From Dendrobates tinctorius (Eukaryota), in the NCBI RefSeq assembly GCF_039654945.1, contig NW_027361677.1, forward strand, positions 18,290,001 to 18,354,000: a DNA stretch of 64,000 bases, written 5' to 3'. The notes under the pieces are model-generated. The model ran no database searches. It was not told the DNA's origin and saw only the letters and a program-made list of their open reading frames with translations. A program made the position numbers and the translations under genes. This document shows, piece by piece, positions 36,486 to 50,641 of this stretch. The first letter of the stretch is position 1, and the number at the start of each line of letters is the position of its first letter.

Positions 36486-36827
36486 GGCCATGTGCACATG
36501 TTGCGGATTCTGCTGCGGATCCGCAGCGTTTCAGGCTCTGCGGGTCCGCAGCAGATTTAGCTGCGTTGTACAGTACCATTGTTTTCAATGGTAAACTGAA
36601 AAACGCTGTGCACATGCTGCAGGTTCAAATCAGCAGCATGTCAATTCTTTGTGCGAAATCCGCTGCGGTTTCACACATTCTCCATTGTAGAGGTTTGAAA
36701 CCGCAGGCTAATCCGCACGTAATCCGCAGGTAAACCGCAGGTCTTTTGACCTGTGGATTTACCTGCGGATTTTTCCAAATCCGCGTGGAAAAATCCGCAG
36801 CGCCTAAAACTACGTGTGCACATAGCC
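36486..36827. mobile_element. PIF/Harbinger-type MITE
   Basis: TIRs GGCCATGTGCACA / TGTGCACATAGCC; TGA TSD. Confidence 0.8.
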
Positions 36828-36885
36828 TGAGTCTCCGCTGCTGTTCCACGTGTCTGTCATTGTCTACAAAGTTGATACTACTTTA

Positions 36886-37214
36886 GGCTATGTGCACACG
36901 TAGATTTTTGTCCTGCAGATTTTTCGGCACGGATTTGTAAAAATCGGCAGGTAAAATCTCAGGTCAAAAGACCTGCGGTTTACCTGCGGATTAGCTTGCG
37001 GTTTAGCCCTGCGGTTTCACACCTCTACAATGGAGAAGGTGTGAAACTGCAGCGGAATCCGCACAAAGAATTGACATGCTGCGGATTTGAGCGCAGAAAA
37101 ATCCTGAGCATGTGCACAGCATTTTTCAGTTTACCATTGAAAACAATGGTACTGTACAACGCAGCTAAATCTACTGCGGATCCGCAGCAGAATCCGTACT
37201 GTGTGCACATAGCC
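36886..37214. mobile_element. PIF/Harbinger-type MITE, same family as 36486-36827, opposite orientation
   Basis: TIRs GGCTATGTGCACAC / GTGTGCACATAGCC; TTA TSD. Confidence 0.8.
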
Positions 37215-38083
37215 TTAGACAGCACTGCAGGCAATTAGAGCACTCGGTGGCTTATACCATCAACTAGGGCAGTTGCAGAACTTACGGATTGGCAGCAGCG
37301 GTATCAATGTTACATCAGCGCTGCAGACAATGGAAGACACTGGAAGCGGTGCAACTGGACCCGGGGAGAGTGAGTAAGGAACAGTTTTTTTAGTTGTTTT
37401 TTTCCCCAAAAACAGTCAAAAAAATATTTACAAAATCACTTTTTATTTTTCCTGCCTCTCGGATCCAGTCCTTTTAGGGTAACGTGCGCACATCATCTAT
37501 TTTCAGGCAAGTTTCGGAGCGTTTAAAATAAAAAAATTCTGAAAAGAATGAATGTGTTCAATCTTTTTGAGCTTCTTCAAAAGCCACAAGACGATAAAAA
37601 GAAATGACCCGACCATTTACATAAACATTTAAAAAATAATATTGGTGGTAAAGCAGCTGCAAAAAAAATAAATAAATAAAAAATACACAAATCCGCCAAA
37701 AAAGACAACTTCAGGATTTTTTTTCCTGCTTTAAAAACTGGGTGGATGTGTCGTGTGAACAAACCCTTAAACTGCGTATCTGATCCTAGAGAAGCAATGT
37801 ATTTAAAGGTACACTCGAGAAAGAGTGTTATAACTAGTGCAGAACTCGCAGTGGGGGATGCAAGACGATCAAACCCCTGCGGTAGGTACAAGACAGAATT
37901 TCCTGGAGTGCGCCTTTAAAAAATAAACTGTCATTTTTTATTTTACCCTTGTCTAATCCAACTATTTAAACGATTGATATGATAAAGGAGATGTCCAGGA
38001 GTCGAAAGACATGGCTGCTTCCTTACAAAAACCTTTAGTGACAGGTTGTGTGTGGCATTGCAGCTTGTCATCGTTCACACTTA

Positions 38084-38731
38084 GGCCTCTTTCACACATC
38101 CCATGTAAGGCGTGCTGCGAAAAGCCGGGCCGCCGGATCCGGCCTGCAGCGGTGACACCGGATGTACATGCGGTGCCTGATGCGGCTTGGAGGACATTTA
38201 AAGGAGCCGCAGCACCAGGGGACGAGAGAGCCAGCCGGAGAGAGATCGGGAGACGAGAGAGCAGCCAGAGAGACAGCGGGGGACGAGAGAGCAGCCAGAG
38301 AGACAGCGGGGGACGAGAGAGCAGCCAGAGAGACAGCGGGGGACGGGAGAGCAGCCAGAGAGACAGCGGGGGACGAGAGAGCCAGCCAAAGAAAGGTATG
38401 GAGGGTATGGAGAGAGAAGGGGAGGAGGAGAGAGAGAGAGAGAGCTGCGTGCCGGGCACTTGTGGGGTTAAAACTCACAGTGCCCGGGCATGCGCTGTTG
38501 AAAAAGCCGGTCTGGTGCTGCAAAAAAACGTTGCAGCCAACGTTTTTTGCAGACGCTGGACGGCGCATGTTTGCCGTATCCAGCAAAACCCGGAGGCGTT
38601 GCATGTCCATCCGGCACGATGCGGCGATCATTACAATCTATGTGAAAAAACCGGATCCAACTCCGGATCCGGTTTTCACAATTTTCGCCGCATCGTGCCG
38701 GATTTAAAAAAACGGATGTGTGAAAGTAGCC
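38084..38731. mobile_element. PIF/Harbinger-type MITE with an internal 30-bp tandem repeat
   Basis: TIRs GGCCTCTTTCACACATCC / GGATGTGTGAAAGTAGCC; TTA TSD; GACGAGAGAGCAGCCAGAGAGACAGCGGGG repeats. Confidence 0.8.
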
Positions 38732-41035
38732 TTATTGAGCTGAGCTGCAGTACGGGGCGTAACCTGTAGACTGGTTTTGGAAGAAGGCAGAGATGTCTTT
38801 CTAATCCAGTTTAAGGATTATGTTGGTTTTGGAGCTAGGTTTTGTAAAATTCAACTCTTGTACCATCAGAAGCTCAGGCTGCTTCTTCTTCATCCCCCAT
38901 GCTTTACACTGCAGCTCTGCTGTCTCACACTAGCTGTGTATAGACATATACTGACTTTCTTGTCAGATAATTACCACACAGTATGGGGGTCATGTTGGAG
39001 ATCCCATGTGTATTGGGGGACTCTACATTTATACTATGTACTTATCTTTAGTACCAAAATGTCTAGAGAGAGGGATAGAGAGGGAGAATCGCAGGAGTCA
39101 GAAACCTGCAGCACCCCAGCAGTTATGCAACTACAACTCCCAGCAATCCCTGCCAGTTGCAGTTTGCTTAGGCAGCTGTCAGGGCATGCTGGGACTTGTT
39201 GTTTCACAATAGCTGGTGTGATAATCCCTGATACAGAGAAGGATGGGGTATGTGTATAGCAGGAGACGCAGCTCTAGTAATAACTGAGAAATGGTAATTA
39301 CTGATAATTTCCTAAAAGGATGGACAGCTCTGGAGCACAAAATGCTGCTCCCAACAAGTGACCAAAAGTGAAATTTTCTTGAATGTAGAAAGCGTTATCA
39401 TATCGGTGTGCAGATTTAATTTACCGAGAAGGGAATAAGCTTTTCACACCCTAGAATAAAGCTGTTCTTCATCCTCTTTTTTTTTTTTTTTTTTTTTGGG
39501 GGGGGGGGGGAGGAATCTGTTCCAAAAAGGGGAAAAAAAAAAGTGACTAAATTGCTGTCAGAGACATCACGGTGTCAAGCTCACAAGCCATACTCAAAAT
39601 AAGGGGGGACAAAATAAAGAGCTTTACCTATAATTGTAAGAGTTCAAATCGGTGCCTGAGCTGCTGCGGAACATCCTAGTGCTGTATATTAAGAGACTGC
39701 AAAGAGAATAGCCAGTCTTTTGTAGATGGATAATTAATATCCCCCTGGTGGCATAAATCCCACCCGCGTCATATAGGAGATGGAGGGGTAGACTATTTGG
39801 GGACGGGAGGCGTGAGCTGCAGGTGCATGTGTTATCTGGTCACGGTGCAGTCACACGTCTCTCCGGCTGCACCTGCTCCTCCGCTCCCAGAAATAGGAAT
39901 TAGTTCCAGCAAGAAATCCCAGCACAAAAGCATTTCTGACGGGCGAGAATTCACAGGGGTCCCCAACTAACAAGATAGTTATCTGGCGTTTACTGTCCTC
40001 TATAACGTAGACGCCAGCTGTCCATGACCCCGATCCATGGCGTCATTATCTACCCTTGGAATTTTGGGGCTTTCACTGAAAATTTCCATTTTTATTTTTT
40101 TTTTAGTATTTACAGACTTTTTTTTGTGAATGTATTGTCTCTGTACTGTACTGGGAAATGTAAAATATTGAAAAAAAAAAAAATAGATTGTGAAGTGATG
40201 CGGTTCTGGGAACACAGCGTAAAAGATTTACCCCAATGTGACAAATGATATTTTTTGAAAGGGAAAGCGGCAAAAATGGACGGATCTTTAACGTGGAAAG
40301 TGGTTTAGAGGAACTAGAAAATAGAGCAGAATTTTTTTTATTTATTTTTTTATCGCAAAAATGTATTAGAAATGTGTTACAAAACTTAACCAGTGGTAGG
40401 AAATGTTATAATAAAATAAATGATTTTTTTGGTCCAGTCCATGAATTAGGTAGCCAATTACTGCGGTCACGTGACTCACGTGCACATGTCACATCTGAGG
40501 CCGCGCGTGATCGATGCAGGAACCATGGAATTTTCTAACAATTTTGACTCTTGGAAAAATTTTTTAAAAATCATAGAAAATGCCTATAAGTGTCCAGAGG
40601 GCACGGTGAAAAAAAACAACAAAAAGTGACAAATACGTAGGCAGGGTGGCATAAGGGAGAAGTGCTTTCGATCTATTCCAAATGCTGAAAAATTGGGTGC
40701 AATTGTCAGAAATGTTGTAAATTTCCTACATTCCCTGATAGATTTTTCTCAAATACCTGCAAACTCAATGCTACGATCAGATCGGATGGGGAAAGGAAAA
40801 ATTAACAATATATAGATTTTTTTTTTTTTTTTTTATTGGCCAGATTTCTACTCGGGAGCGACTTTTGCTTATAATGCGAAAAAGTGAATGACGACAAATC
40901 AATAAATACTTTATATTTACAAACAGATATTTACTAATGTTAAGTAACTTTTCCTATATCGTATTTCCAGCTGACGGTCTCGCACAATCCATGAGAGATG
41001 GAAGACATACATTATCCGGGGTGTGCGCCCCTTAC

Positions 41036-41114
41036 CTGCCTGCGCCTCCAGCAGTTGTCCATAGTTGGGGATCCTGTGACTGCAGGGCTTCTTTACCAGG
41101 AAAGACCTGGGCAT
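41036..41114 (-). CDS. SNAI3: SNAI3 exon 1 (SNAG domain)
   Basis: MPRSFLVKKPCSHRIPNYGQLLEAQA plus donor gtaagg. RxPNY after SNAG and adjacency to RNF166 favour SNAI3 over SNAI1/2. Confidence 0.93.
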
Positions 41115-41354
41115 CCTCTGCCACGTTCTCCTAGCCCAGGATAGTCACAATCTGGGGAGACATTCTCTGGGTACATTACCATGCGGCCTCCAGCATGGCC
41201 AATAGAGAGCGGAGACTAGTGCAAGGGGGCGAGGTGAGAGGAGGGTCCGTCCTATGCTTCCAGCTGCAGCAGGTGCTTATGGAGAATATCCCAGCAGAGA
41301 GCAGCTGAGAGGGTGGGGGGGCGCACCGAGCCTCCGCAGGGGGCTGCGTTATAC

Positions 41355-41384
41355 ACTAATAAAGGATTTTATAACATATAATGT

Positions 41385-41433
<49 letters not shown>

Positions 41434-41596
41434 ATATATTTTAAATATTTTTTTAAAGTGGATAATATATAAAATATAGAATTTTGTTTTTATTTATATA
41501 TATTTCATATATTATCCACATTAAAAAAAAATATATTTTTTATTTGTATTTTTTGTGTAAAATATTTATTATATATATTACTCATAAAAAAATATG

Positions 41597-41630
<34 letters not shown>

Positions 41631-41830
41631 AAAATATATATTTTATTTATACTTTTTTAATGTGTATAAAATATCTTATACCTAATATATATTGTATTTA
41701 TATATATTTGTTAAAATCCATTTAAAATATATGTATATATTAGATATATATTGTATATAAAATGTATACATATACTTTTAAATGTGTGTATATAATTTAG
41801 ATTTATAAAAATGTTTTTTTTTATTAAATA
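41355..41830. repeat. Extremely AT-rich tract with (TA)n microsatellites upstream of SNAI3
   Basis: Visible composition; (TA)n at ~41388-41426 and ~41599-41628. Confidence 0.85.
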
Positions 41831-42168
41831 TCAGGTGAATTTATTGCATTAAGACAGATCTGATTTGTAGACAGTAAAACTCCATATCCTGCTCATTTAC
41901 CATTCTTGCCCCCTTTCTTGCAGATTTTCTGTGTATTATGAGCAGTGAAGGTTTTTTTATGTCCTATAGAGGTTTTGGCATTTATACCTTAAAGGATCAG
42001 TTAGAAATTCTATTGCTTTTCGAGATTTATGGTTAGATCCATATTCAGCACACAAAATGGTAAATTGAAAGGGTATTATAGTCTGGAACATTTAGCACCT
42101 ATGCAATGGATCATTAGATTGGTGGGCTCCACCCCCTACATACACACACGGATTGGGGTCTCTTGTTA

Positions 42169-42606
42169 GGCTGGTTTCACACTAGCGTTTTTTTAGCGTA
42201 GCGCATCGTGCGCTTACATGCACATGCGTCCTGAGCCCCTATCTTTAACATGGTGGCGCATGGTCTAGCGTTTGCACGCGTTCGTATGCGTTTTCGTGTG
42301 CGTTTTTTTGTAGTGTGCACCCAGGCGTGCCGGACGCAACCTGTTGCATTTTTGGTCCGTCCGACCTGTCTCAAAAAAACGCATGCGCACGGAATGCGCA
42401 AAGAAAAACACATTACAGTCTATGGGAATGCAGGCGTGCGCATGTATATGCGCACGCCTGCGTTTAAAATCGCATGCGTTTTAAGAGTCAATATGGCTAC
42501 AAACTGGTTAAAACTCATGCACATAAAATAAGCAAATGCATGCAAAAGGCTTGATGCGTTTGGACTGCGCATGCAGCGCAAAAAAAACGCTAGTGTGAAA
42601 GTAGCC
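42169..42606. mobile_element. PIF/Harbinger-type MITE
   Basis: TIRs GGCTGGTTTCACACTAGCG / CGCTAGTGTGAAAGTAGCC; TTA TSD. Confidence 0.82.
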
Positions 42607-44263
42607 TTAGAGACACAGTTTTGTGCTGATCTTTTAGTTCCCTCCTGCAGCTTCTGTTGCCTTATGGCATTGCTGTTTATGCAGTTTTCTAGTATTGTCT
42701 TATTTAAAGGGGTTGTCCATAAACAACATTTCTCACTATCTGGGTGCTGATCCTTAAAAGAGGAATACAATGGACATGCCAAGATCTCCAAGAACCATTT
42801 TTTTTTGTACGGCAATCCATCCCCATTGTTGTGCAAGTATCCGGATTTAAAGGACGGCCTTGGCAGCGCAGACATATTGTGAAGGTGGGCTGCGGCTGTT
42901 TGAGGAGGCTTCAATCATACTCAAGTGTTTAATAAGCCGGTGCACAAGGTCCCTGGGGACGGCCACACTGGGTCCTTTCTCTCCTCTGTGTGCTGCAGGT
43001 AACACTTGAAGATATGGAAAGTTTACCTAACTCTTAAGGCTGCACCTAGGTGAGATTGTCACAGGACTGCCAGATACCTCAGCACAGGGCGAGGAATGCA
43101 GACACGTCCATGTCATTATCCGCTCCACGTCTGACTATTCCCCCAGCAATTCAGAGTATCTGCAGTGTTTGCCTTCACCTTACTCACTCCATGTAAATAT
43201 TAACAGGTGCCCCCAATGCATCGGCTGGGGGGGTGGGAAAGGGGGACGTTAAAATCTTAAAATCAGGAGGGGTACATGCATTGTAACGCTGGCATAAGAT
43301 GACGTCAGCTTGGCATATCTTTGCTTTGAATGATGTGAATCCCCCATAACAATGTCATTATGGTGGGATATCTCCAAATCAAGCAGTGAGATCATTATTG
43401 CATCTAACATTTTAAAAGAACCTTGCAAATGTATTTTTTTTAATCATAAATACCATTTTGCACATACAGCTCCTTTGCAGATCTATGCGTCTCCATGGTT
43501 ACAGACTACGAACAAACGATTGAGTAGTCTGGTCCCGCAGTCACGTGCCACGCTCTCTCATTATGTCCGTGGCTGACCTGGAGTATAACTACGGTATATT
43601 CGTACATGAAGAATTTTTTCAAGCTGTGAATGATTGGTTCTTTGACATTTTTGGCAGTATCATCATTATACGTGTGTATATGGTCTACTGTGTGGATAGG
43701 TGATAAATGTATGGGGGGGGCGTTAAGATCCCTGTATGAATGAAGAAAAGCAGCACGACCATTGCGGCATCCACTGACTGGGAGAGGTGGTCGCACATTC
43801 ACACTACCACTTCATCGATAAACCAAGAGCCCCTTTTTTTTTTAAGACAATATCCAGCAATGACATACTGATGATCATCACCATGAGATCGGTGGGGGTC
43901 CGACGCCTAGCACCCATACCAATTGTCCGGCAGTAGCCAGATAGGCGACATACGTGGCGATATTAAAGATAGCGCTCAGGTGCATCTGCACTTTTGACTT
44001 TTCACATCATCAATATGTCAGTTCCAGACACCCCCTTTAAGAGCAGTTTGTTAGCAAATGAATGTTTAAATCTGGTAGTTATTATAAATGTAGTAATTAA
44101 AAATGTTTTTTTCTTTTTAATTTTTCAGATTACAATTTAAGTAAATTAAAAAATAGCAATAATTACACTGAGAACTTGAAGCAATATCTGAACATGCTCC
44201 CGTCAGGGCAAGGTCATTGTGAAGGGAGGAGGTGAGCTGTGATATATAGCCTATTGCGATTGG

Positions 44264-44576
44264 TAGATCCTGTGTTACCTGTCATTGTTATCTGTAGTGA
44301 TAACGAAGCTGCTGAAAAGTCATCTGTATAGTATGAGACCTAGATCCTGTGTTACCTGTCATTGTTAACCTGACTGTGATAACGAGACTGCTGAAAAATC
44401 ATCGGTACAGTATGAGACCTAGAACCTGTTACCCGTCATTTTTAAGCTGTCTGTGATAATAAGACTGCTGAAAAGTCATCTGTATAGAATGAGACCTTGA
44501 TCCTGTGTTACCTGTCATTGTTAAACTGTGATGGTAACGAGACTGCTGAAAAATCATCTGTACAGTATGAGACCTA
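44264..44576. repeat. ~78-bp tandem repeat x4
   Basis: Unit TAGATCCTGTGTTACCTGTCATTGTT...GCTGAAAAGTCATCTGTATAGTATGAGACC. Confidence 0.85.
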
Positions 44577-47500
44577 ATGTCCAATGTGAAAATTCCTTTT
44601 TTTTTTTTTTAAATCTATTGTAAAAATTGGATTTTTTTGTTTGTTTTTTTTACAAAAAATACCTGGATTTAAATAATAACTTTTTGATTACATTTCCTTT
44701 ATTACAGACAATGCAATAGAATGCTAGCAAAATCTGGAAACTGCAGGTAAGATTTTCATCACTTTTTTTCCCCCCATCCTAATAAAATAGACAAAAAAAA
44801 AAAAAAAACAACAAAACACTCCGGTGGAATGAAACTGCATTTTACTGAGAAAAATGGTTTTGCTACAAATACATAATAAATTGTTGTAACTTCCAAAAAA
44901 CAGTTATTTTCTCATCAAAACTTCTAGTATTCAGCATGTTCTGCAAAATAAAACAGGTAACAGAGACACAGTGTAAGAACTACACACAGACAGACAATAT
45001 ATTCACATGTGCAAGTCCTCCGTACATCCACACAATCTGGAGGATACAGGGCTCCGAAAAGAAGAATTTCTTGCAATATGCACCCCCTGCCCACCCTCCC
45101 CATTAAATACAGACACTCCCACCACCCCAAATCCCACCCCCAGCACCATAACCTGTAAAGATCGGGTGCATTAAAGTGACTGACTTATCTGAATTACCAC
45201 CACCGGCCTCCAGATACTGCTCCGCAGAGCAAGAGGGAAAGCTTTGGATTTACACTGACCGATCAAATCTACCGGCGGTAATGAAAGGGTTAAAAAAATC
45301 AGTTGTCAGGTTACATTCACAAATACGTAGTTTGGAAACGGTCACTTAAGTCACCGATCTGCGTCGGATCAGCATGTACCCTATAAGACCCCCCGCCTCC
45401 CTTTTTTTTTTTTTAGGGGTTTTTAATCATAAATTGCAAAGTGCTTTTAAAAAAAAAACAAGCAACATTGCAATATATTTTTTATTAGAAATCAAAAATG
45501 GAGGGCTAGGTTGATGGTCTCCTCTGCAGAGGTGGTCGGTTTCTAGGTAAAGGGTGTGCACTTTGCAAGCATTGCAAGCTAGGTGGCGCTGTTGTGCAGG
45601 GAAAATTCAGACGGGGTTGCGATACTGAATCGGCACGGAGGTCCTTTATCTCGGGGGTCCTAAGGGGAGCCCAAAAGCGATAATGGCAAAGCTTATAATA
45701 TATTATTTTTGCATCAAAGGGGAAAAGAATTGTCCTTACTCCCGATTCTACGCGACTGAAGTGACCGCCGTTTGTGAATGTGCCCAGATTCAGATCGAGT
45801 GGTCCCTTACAACCATTGGCTAACCAGCAAATTAAATTAAGTCCCTGGCCGATAATGTGTTATTTCTTCCCTCCCCCTTAAGTAAAAGAAATGACCACGG
45901 ACAGATGGAGAACAGCAGAAGACCCACAGCAATGGTAATAAGACTTATTTGCATTGTTCGGTTGAGGTAAGAGATTGTTTCTGTGCCCGGACTGTACCGT
46001 TCTCTCGGGTGTAGGAAGGCCGAAAAATTGGCCTCTTACCTTTTGCAAAAGTGAAGTTAACACAAAAAAAAAAATAAAGAAGGCTGTATTTCGCTACCGC
46101 AGACGACTGACATTTACGCAAAATTTTTTTTTTTTTTTTTGGCGGGAGGGAAAAAAATTAAAATTTAACCCCTGCCTACCTTACCTGAAAACAATAAAGG
46201 GAAATAGGGTAAAATAAGGTGATAAAACTTTTCTACACTAACTCTGCTGCCCTCTATGGAATGTGATGGGTACTACACGGAGAGATGTTAGTGCAAATAT
46301 GAAGGTTGGGATGGAGCACAGGACAGAGAGGAACCAAAGCAAAACTCTGCCTCAACTAACACTACCCCATCTGTTTGGTTTCATTATCTAGTACTGCTTA
46401 TTAGTGTTAGTACGGACCGATTCGGTGGTTGAGATGTGATCCAGCAAATCTAAAAGAAGAGCAGTGCATGCAGTCATGGTCCTGCAACTCAAATTGCATC
46501 GTTCGGATGGCAGCTATTCCTATGGGCCGCCCGTGCACGCTCAGTTGGGCCGAGCATGCACGTACGTCTGTGTATCACTGACCTCATACACATTAGATGA
46601 ATGGCAGGTGATAATGAATTGGTGACTTTTCTCTGATGTGTATGGCTTGCTCTATGCCGCTGCAGGTGAGTGAAGCCGCAATGTGCATTTCTTCCCAATA
46701 CAAACTAGTCTTAGAAATGTAATGACCTATTGAGAAGCGTGATCTATCTTCTATCCCGGTGTGGAAAAAAACGAAAAAAAACCATGCATCTCTATGAAAA
46801 GACAGCGACGTAAGAAACGTGCAAACATTAATATCTCAATAATCCTGAAATAAAACATAAAAGAAAGTGAACATTCTGCTAAAGCCACGGGTCTAATAAA
46901 AAACAGAAAAAAGGGGGCTTCAGCCATGCTTGTAAGAGGGGGTCACATGTAACCTTCCTATACATTCAGGTTTGGGTTGAATGACATTTTCTATAATGAT
47001 TGCGAATGACGAGTGACACTATGTCAAGACTTGAAAATGAGGTTTAAAAGAAAGCAAAACTTTTTGGGATGTCAGATGGTGACCCCCTTCCAGTCCTTGG
47101 ACTATGGGATAACTTGATTTCCATCAAAATCGATGAGAACTAGAGATTTTGGTGCTCTCTCATATAACCGTCTCGCCATAGGAGTTGATTGTTTGGGCAA
47201 TTTTTTTTTACATAGTCCAGCAGTGGAGGGGCTGCAAGACGTCTCGTTGACATAAACAAAGCCTCCAATCCATGTCTAGCCATCCATAGCTGACCTATTT
47301 CTACAAGTTCTATTAATATCAATGGAAAGAAGCATAGCGGAGGGGACTCTGCTACTGGAAATGACTTTAAATCAGAATCCCCCCTTTTGTGCTGATAATG
47401 AAAATGGGATGGATTTAAAGAGGAATTCGCACCTTAAGATGGGTCTCGCCTAGAGGGTCAGCGCAGAACAAGGGTCTCCCTGTGGAGCATGAATAGACGA

Positions 47501-47809
47501 ATGGTCATACATGTTCACAGCTCTCTGTATTCACTTTTAGGGGAGTTACAGGCAGGTAGAACAGGGATTGAGTGTCCTACATTTTGGAGATCAGACACTT
47601 ATGACATGTCCATGATGGGAGCCCTGTGGACGGCCTCCTACTTGCCTTCTGATTAGTAGACCCAGGGCGGTTTTTTTGGCATATCAATGATGGGCCTACA
47701 AATCTGAAGTTGGAGGAGGTTCGCAAGGCTCAGATCTGACAGCCGCTTCACCAGGTCCTTGCGATTCGCTCATCTCTGATAAATATCTAAGGTGGGAATA
47801 TTCCTTTAA

Positions 47810-48183
47810 GGGTATGTGCACACGTTTCAGATTCTTCTGTGGATTTTTCCGCGCAGAATCTGCAGAATCCGCAGGTCAGAATGCCTGCGTTTTACCTGCA
47901 GATTTACTGCTGATTTCTAGCGGATTTCACCTGCGTTTTTACACCTGCGGATTCCTAGAGTGGAATAGGTGTAAAAACACTGCGGAATCCGCACAAAGAA
48001 TTGACATGCTGCGGAAAATAAACCGCTGCTTTTCCGTGAGGATTTTTCGGCAGCATGTGCACAGCGGTTTTTGTTTTCCATAGGATAACATGGTACTGTA
48101 CACTGCATGGAAAACTGCTGCGGATCCGCAGGGCTAAATCAGCTGCGAATCCGCAGATGAATCCACAACATGTGCACATACCC
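47810..48183. mobile_element. PIF/Harbinger-type MITE (a second small MITE abuts at 48187-48350)
   Basis: TIRs GGGTATGTGCACA / TGTGCACATACCC; TAA TSD. Confidence 0.8.
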
Positions 48184-50641
48184 TAAGGGCGCAGACGGCC
48201 ATATAAATCTCACCGAAATCTGCCCGCAATACTGACTGGCCGGCGGCTCTGTAGAGCCGTGCCTTACAGCTGCCTAGAAATAGGCCTCCGGACAGTCATT
48301 GCATTGCAGACAGATTTCGATCGGATTTATGGGGCCGTCTGACTGCACCCTGAAAGATATTTTTGCAGGATCCTGGCTTATTTAAACCAGTTGGATCCCC
48401 ATGAAAGAAAAATGAATCTGTCAAGGGTAATACTATATTAAAACGGTCCTATATAATAAAAAGTACAAAAAAAATATATAAAAACAAAAATTATACATAT
48501 CTTAAAGAAAAACAAAAAAACCCACACACGGTAATCAAGGGCTCCTTATCGTAGTACCAGATTCAACCCAACTTATGCTAAAGCTGACCGAAGAAATAAA
48601 ATCAGGTCTTCGGTTCCAGAAAAATACTATTATTACTAATCCAAACACGGACGCCATGAAGAGTAAAGGGATTTCCTTACTTTTATATTATACACTAGAA
48701 AATAGCAAAGCTTAACACGAATGCATTAAAAATGCCAAAAAAATCAACGCGCATTTTTTCCCCGTTGTTTTTATTTATTTTTTTTAAAAGCCAGTAAAAA
48801 ATAAAAAGTGTTCACCCTTTATTCTCTGTGTAACCGTGTGCCAAAGCGCTGCAGGAGTTACGTCCCCAACGTCGGGGCATCAGATTGATATATTTCGGCA
48901 CTTAGTAATTCAAGTTATTTCTCCCTATAGATTTTACTTTATTACTCCCCCCTCGATGCCTTACTATTAACTTTTATTACCTTACCACTTATGTAAAGCA
49001 TCGGAACATGACATCTTCCTTTTATTCTTTCCCTGAAATTTTAGGAGAAGAAATTAACATGTCCGCTTCCTCCTTCCAAAAAGCAGTGACACTCTTGTCT
49101 ATAGGTAGAGGCTAGTATTGCAGCAAAGTCCCGGAATAGTCCAGGGGCTGCAATACCAGACTAATCCTACGGGTGGCAGTGTTTCTGGAAAGAATGATTC
49201 CTGCAGAGCTCTAGCGAGTTCCCCACATTTCACCCTAAACCATGAGTAGATCACCCAGAGAGAAAAGTTGGCAGCTGCTGTATCCAAACGTAAAAGGTAA
49301 CCCCACTGCTGGCTAAAAATCACACCTTATTGTAGGAGAGGGAAAATCTTATCTAGGAACCTGCCGCCATCTTTAACCTTGTACAGGTGTGATCCTAGCT
49401 GTGAGAGGAGTGACACTTAGTATTATTTATAGGATTCAGTCCAGGATCACTGATTTAGCCCAGACACAATGGTACGGCAGCTGCATCAAGGTGGAAGCTT
49501 CACAGAATTTGCTAATTGTATTCCCTGCCAAAATCCAATCAGAACCAAAATTTTGGAAAGAATTACAAGCCCCTTCCCTGACTCATTTTATTGTATTGTT
49601 TAATCGAGATGAGTCTGTTGCTTTATTACACAGATACAGGCTTAGGCCCAAAACAGCACAAAATGTTAAGTCGCATGGCTACTAGTAGTAGCCTTGGTGG
49701 TCCAAGTTACACATGAGGGGAGCGCCCGGCACGATCCGCAGGGCAGTGATTGAGAGGCTGCAGTGTTTGCACATATACGGTAAACTTGGAAAGAAAAAAA
49801 ATGCTCTCAGGTTTATTTTTTATCCCACCGCACTTTTAGTTTGTACCTGGGTAAATGAACTTTATTGCTCCGATGCATCAAAATAAAAAGCAACTTTCCG
49901 CAAACAGCAGATATGCCAGTAGATGTATCTCCTACTCATTGCTGCCGTCTGAAAGCATCGGAGCAATACATAAAGCCTTGCAAAAGTGTATATACCCTTT
50001 AAGCGGTAGGACCTACTATGAAGTTTATCACTTATACCCCTTTTTATACAATAAACATGTAAACTTTGAAAAGAAAAACCAAAAATCACAAATGACCTAA
50101 ATATCTAATGATTCATTCTGTTTCTTTTTATTGATCCCGCTGGATAAAATACTAAGAACTGGTAATACTGACATCTTGTATGTCCCACCCCCTGCAATGC
50201 CTTAATCACGGCGTCTACCTACTGCGCCCCGTTGTAGCCGGTCAACGGGAAAACATTTCTTGCAACTTGGGAAACACAATCAAAGCCTATACGGCAGCCT
50301 GTCCCATCTGATTTCTTAAATACTACGTTTTTGGGGATTCTTTCTAGAAGTGTTTTCACAGTAAATATTCAGTACATAGGCGATGGGTCAAAGGGTAAAA
50401 AAAAAAAGAAAAATATTTAAGGGGGTGTTTGGTCAGCACCTGGCGCCCCCGCTTCCTTATCAGATTGCACTGAGACACAAATCCGGCCTAACAACTGAGC
50501 TTAGCAATTCCTAAAAGATTCCACCTTACTAATAAAAACACTACTAGAGAAAGGCATGGGGAAAAGGAAAATGTGATTAGCTAGTTTTGGAAGGAATGTA
50601 CAAGCCTCGGTTGTGGGCGACAACACCGAGAAGGAGAACCT

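Noticed and set aside
38011-38769. 252-aa ORF in SNAI3 intron 1
   Set aside because: Spans a MITE and its 30-bp internal repeat; no domain recognisable.
32671-41114. Assignment as SNAI1 (four fingers) or SNAI2
   Set aside because: No SLUG domain or SNAI1-type Ser-rich region; exon 1 sequence and linkage to RNF166 fit SNAI3.
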